Shown in pieces: positions 62,170-64,000 of a stretch of DNA of 64,000 nucleotides (the first letter of the stretch is position 1; every line of letters starts with the position of its first letter). Below the pieces are notes generated by a model. That model was not told the origin of the DNA. It was given only the letters and a program-made list of their open reading frames with translations, and did not search any database. The position numbers and the translations under genes are program-made. Origin of the DNA: Elsinoe ampelina. Taxonomy: Eukaryota. Location: positions 939,831 to 1,003,830 of the forward strand of contig ML992512.1 of assembly GCA_010093995.1 (NCBI GenBank). Reading direction: 5' to 3'.

Positions 62170-63258
62170 GACATACATGTCCAAATCGGTGGCAAACAGC
62201 AATCACGCAACGAAAACAAATCCTATCTAAACCAAATTTTTACTATATTAAATGTACCTCTTTTCTTATAGAACGTAGCAAAAATTATCTAAATCTAATA
62301 TTAATTGACTAAGATATTAGCGTTTCTAGTTAATACTATATCCTACCTAATTCTATACTCTTATATAAACTAGGTTCGTAGATAAGTAGCCTATAAGCTA
62401 GTTCTACGTATAGTAAGATAAGGAATATTAAATTTCCTTAAACGCCGCTACTAATTTATACTTTAATAGTCTCTCTTAGCTAAGAATAAAAAGGTAAAAG
62501 CTATACTTTAAAAGGATATATTTATACTATTTCTTAGTCTCTACTATAGTAAGAGTTAAGTCCGGTGTAGCTCTAGTCTTTTCCCTTACTAGGGAGACTA
62601 CTATAATATTATAGAAAGTTATTCCTATTAGTATATTAACTTTAATATCTATCTAGTAGTTAGAATCTTCTTCTCTTTTTAGTTTAAGTATAGTAGTTAT
62701 TTAGGCAACGAAATTTATTACTTTAGCTAGTACTCTATAGATAAGATTATACTTAACTCTTATCTATTAAGAATAAGTACTATAGATATCTTTATAGCTA
62801 AAAGTATATATTTTACTATAGTACTAGTAAAGCTCTTACTAGCGCTCTACTAGTAAGAGAAGTTAAATCGAGAGTGCTAACGTAATATTCTAATTAGTAA
62901 GGAGTAGGTCTTAGCTTATTCGAAGTATAGAGAGCTAATAGAAGTCTAAATAGATACTATTTTTTTATTTTATAGTCTCTTACTCTTTTAATAGGTTTTA
63001 ATATATCTTTATTAATCTTATGTTATATATAGCTTAGATCTAGGTCTAGTAGTGTTATTTAGCCTATTTAGCGTCTAATAGATCTATCGAGAGGTCTATA
63101 AAGAGGAGAAAGAAGATTCTAAAGGTTAAGATATTCTCTAGTATACCTATATAAATATAAAAGGTTTAAATTGCTTACGGCGCGCTATTAGTCGTTTCGA
63201 CCTTATTCTAGGCTAGAATAGGGCCTACTCTAGCTATAGTATCTGGACACTATATGTC
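62170..63258. mobile_element. RIP-degenerated AT-rich repeat, possibly a TIR element
   Basis: TpA-rich with almost no CpA/TpG and no ORFs. Ends GACATACATGTCCAAAT and ATCTGGACACTATATGTC are imperfect inverted repeats. Confidence 0.6.
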
Positions 63259-63296
63259 TTAGGAGGAAGGGTACATTCCAATGGTTTTACTAGAGC

Positions 63297-63307
63297 AGGG
63301 TTAGGGT
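63297..63307 (+). repeat. Second short telomeric relic
   Basis: AGGGTTAGGGT at the boundary between two compositionally distinct blocks. Confidence 0.55.
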
Positions 63308-64000
63308 ATTTTCCTAGATTCTAATGGGATTCCTAACCTCCATTCTTTAGGACTTCCTAAGATTTTTTCCCTCTGAATTTTTCAGAGATTACTTATATCA
63401 CCTAGGTCCTCCATGATACTCAGTATCATCTAGAATCATCGAGTATTACTCCCAGAATCTGGGTCATGGTATGCTGGGACTGTCCTGAAAATCTTTTGAA
63501 GTTCCTGAGAAAATATGGGGTAGGGGTCTTGGCAGCTTTGCTCCTGACAGTCAGGAACTCCAGAACATCCCCACAAATTCAGAGAGGCCCAGGCAGACCA
63601 GTAGACAGATATAGAATACATATTGAAGCAGAATGAATTTCCTAGCAAACAGGAGGTCCAAGAATCATAGATGACTCCATGGTACTCAGATTGTATGTAT
63701 GGATATCGCTCCTAGAGTTATCAGGGAAATCCTAGAGCCTATGATCCTCGATTGAATAATAGACAACCAGGATCTTCAGTAGAAATACCTACCTCCCCTC
63801 CTGTCTTTGTCTTTTCTAACTACCTCTCAGCATTCCCCCATCATTTTCCGGGGTCCAGGGTTCTCAGGACAGCCAGATTGATATTCAATAGCTTTTCATG
63901 ATACCAGATTCAGATCTGGTAAGTAGATCATATCGGCAGGAGTCAGAATGGAATTCTTGAGGGCTCATGGTTCCGCTGGAGTACAGAGCCATAATCATGA
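63308..64000. other. CpG-depleted degenerate sequence, probably a repeat or TE remnant
   Basis: About 6 CG dinucleotides in about 700 nt (hand count), stops in all frames examined, no recognisable protein. Confidence 0.5.

Noticed and set aside
63436..63648. 70-aa ORF in the terminal block
   Set aside because: No transposase, reverse transcriptase or helicase motifs were recognisable; likely a chance ORF in degenerate DNA.
1..64000. tRNA, rRNA, snRNA, riboswitch, CRISPR array or Starship captain gene
   Set aside because: None recognised by eye; tRNAscan-SE and Rfam searches would be needed to exclude small RNAs.

Overview
Gene-dense, intron-containing DNA from a filamentous ascomycete (Pezizomycotina; short GT-AG introns, TTAGGG telomere repeats, RIP signature; probably a Dothideomycete, which is inference). 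It has four zones. (1) 1-12.3 kb is an extracellular hydroxamate siderophore (fusarinine/coprogen-type) cluster: sidF-like acyltransferase, NPS6/SidD-like NRPS, a SidA-like protein with degenerate cofactor motifs and a sidI-like CoA ligase, with SreA-type GATA sites and an unexplained ~185-bp palindrome. (2) 12.6-44.3 kb holds an SDR and compact housekeeping genes (POM34, GTR1, COX6, PP2A-B', TFC1, URC4, YAR1, ELO, SWA2, SPO11, CAC1, YPQ, ADE6). (3) 45-62 kb is accessory: MFS transporters, a tyrosinase/PTH11-like pair, a secreted peptidase, a frameshifted pectate lyase, a deleted monooxygenase and a flavoprotein-MFS-SDR-P450 group. (4) At 62.1 kb a P450 gene is cut off exactly at an interstitial TTAGGG tract, followed by a CpA-RIPed block, a second telomere relic and a CpG-depleted block, which looks like a layered record of chromosome-end breakage and healing. 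Protein assignments come from motif recognition only; no searches were run. Exon boundaries and counts were done by hand.
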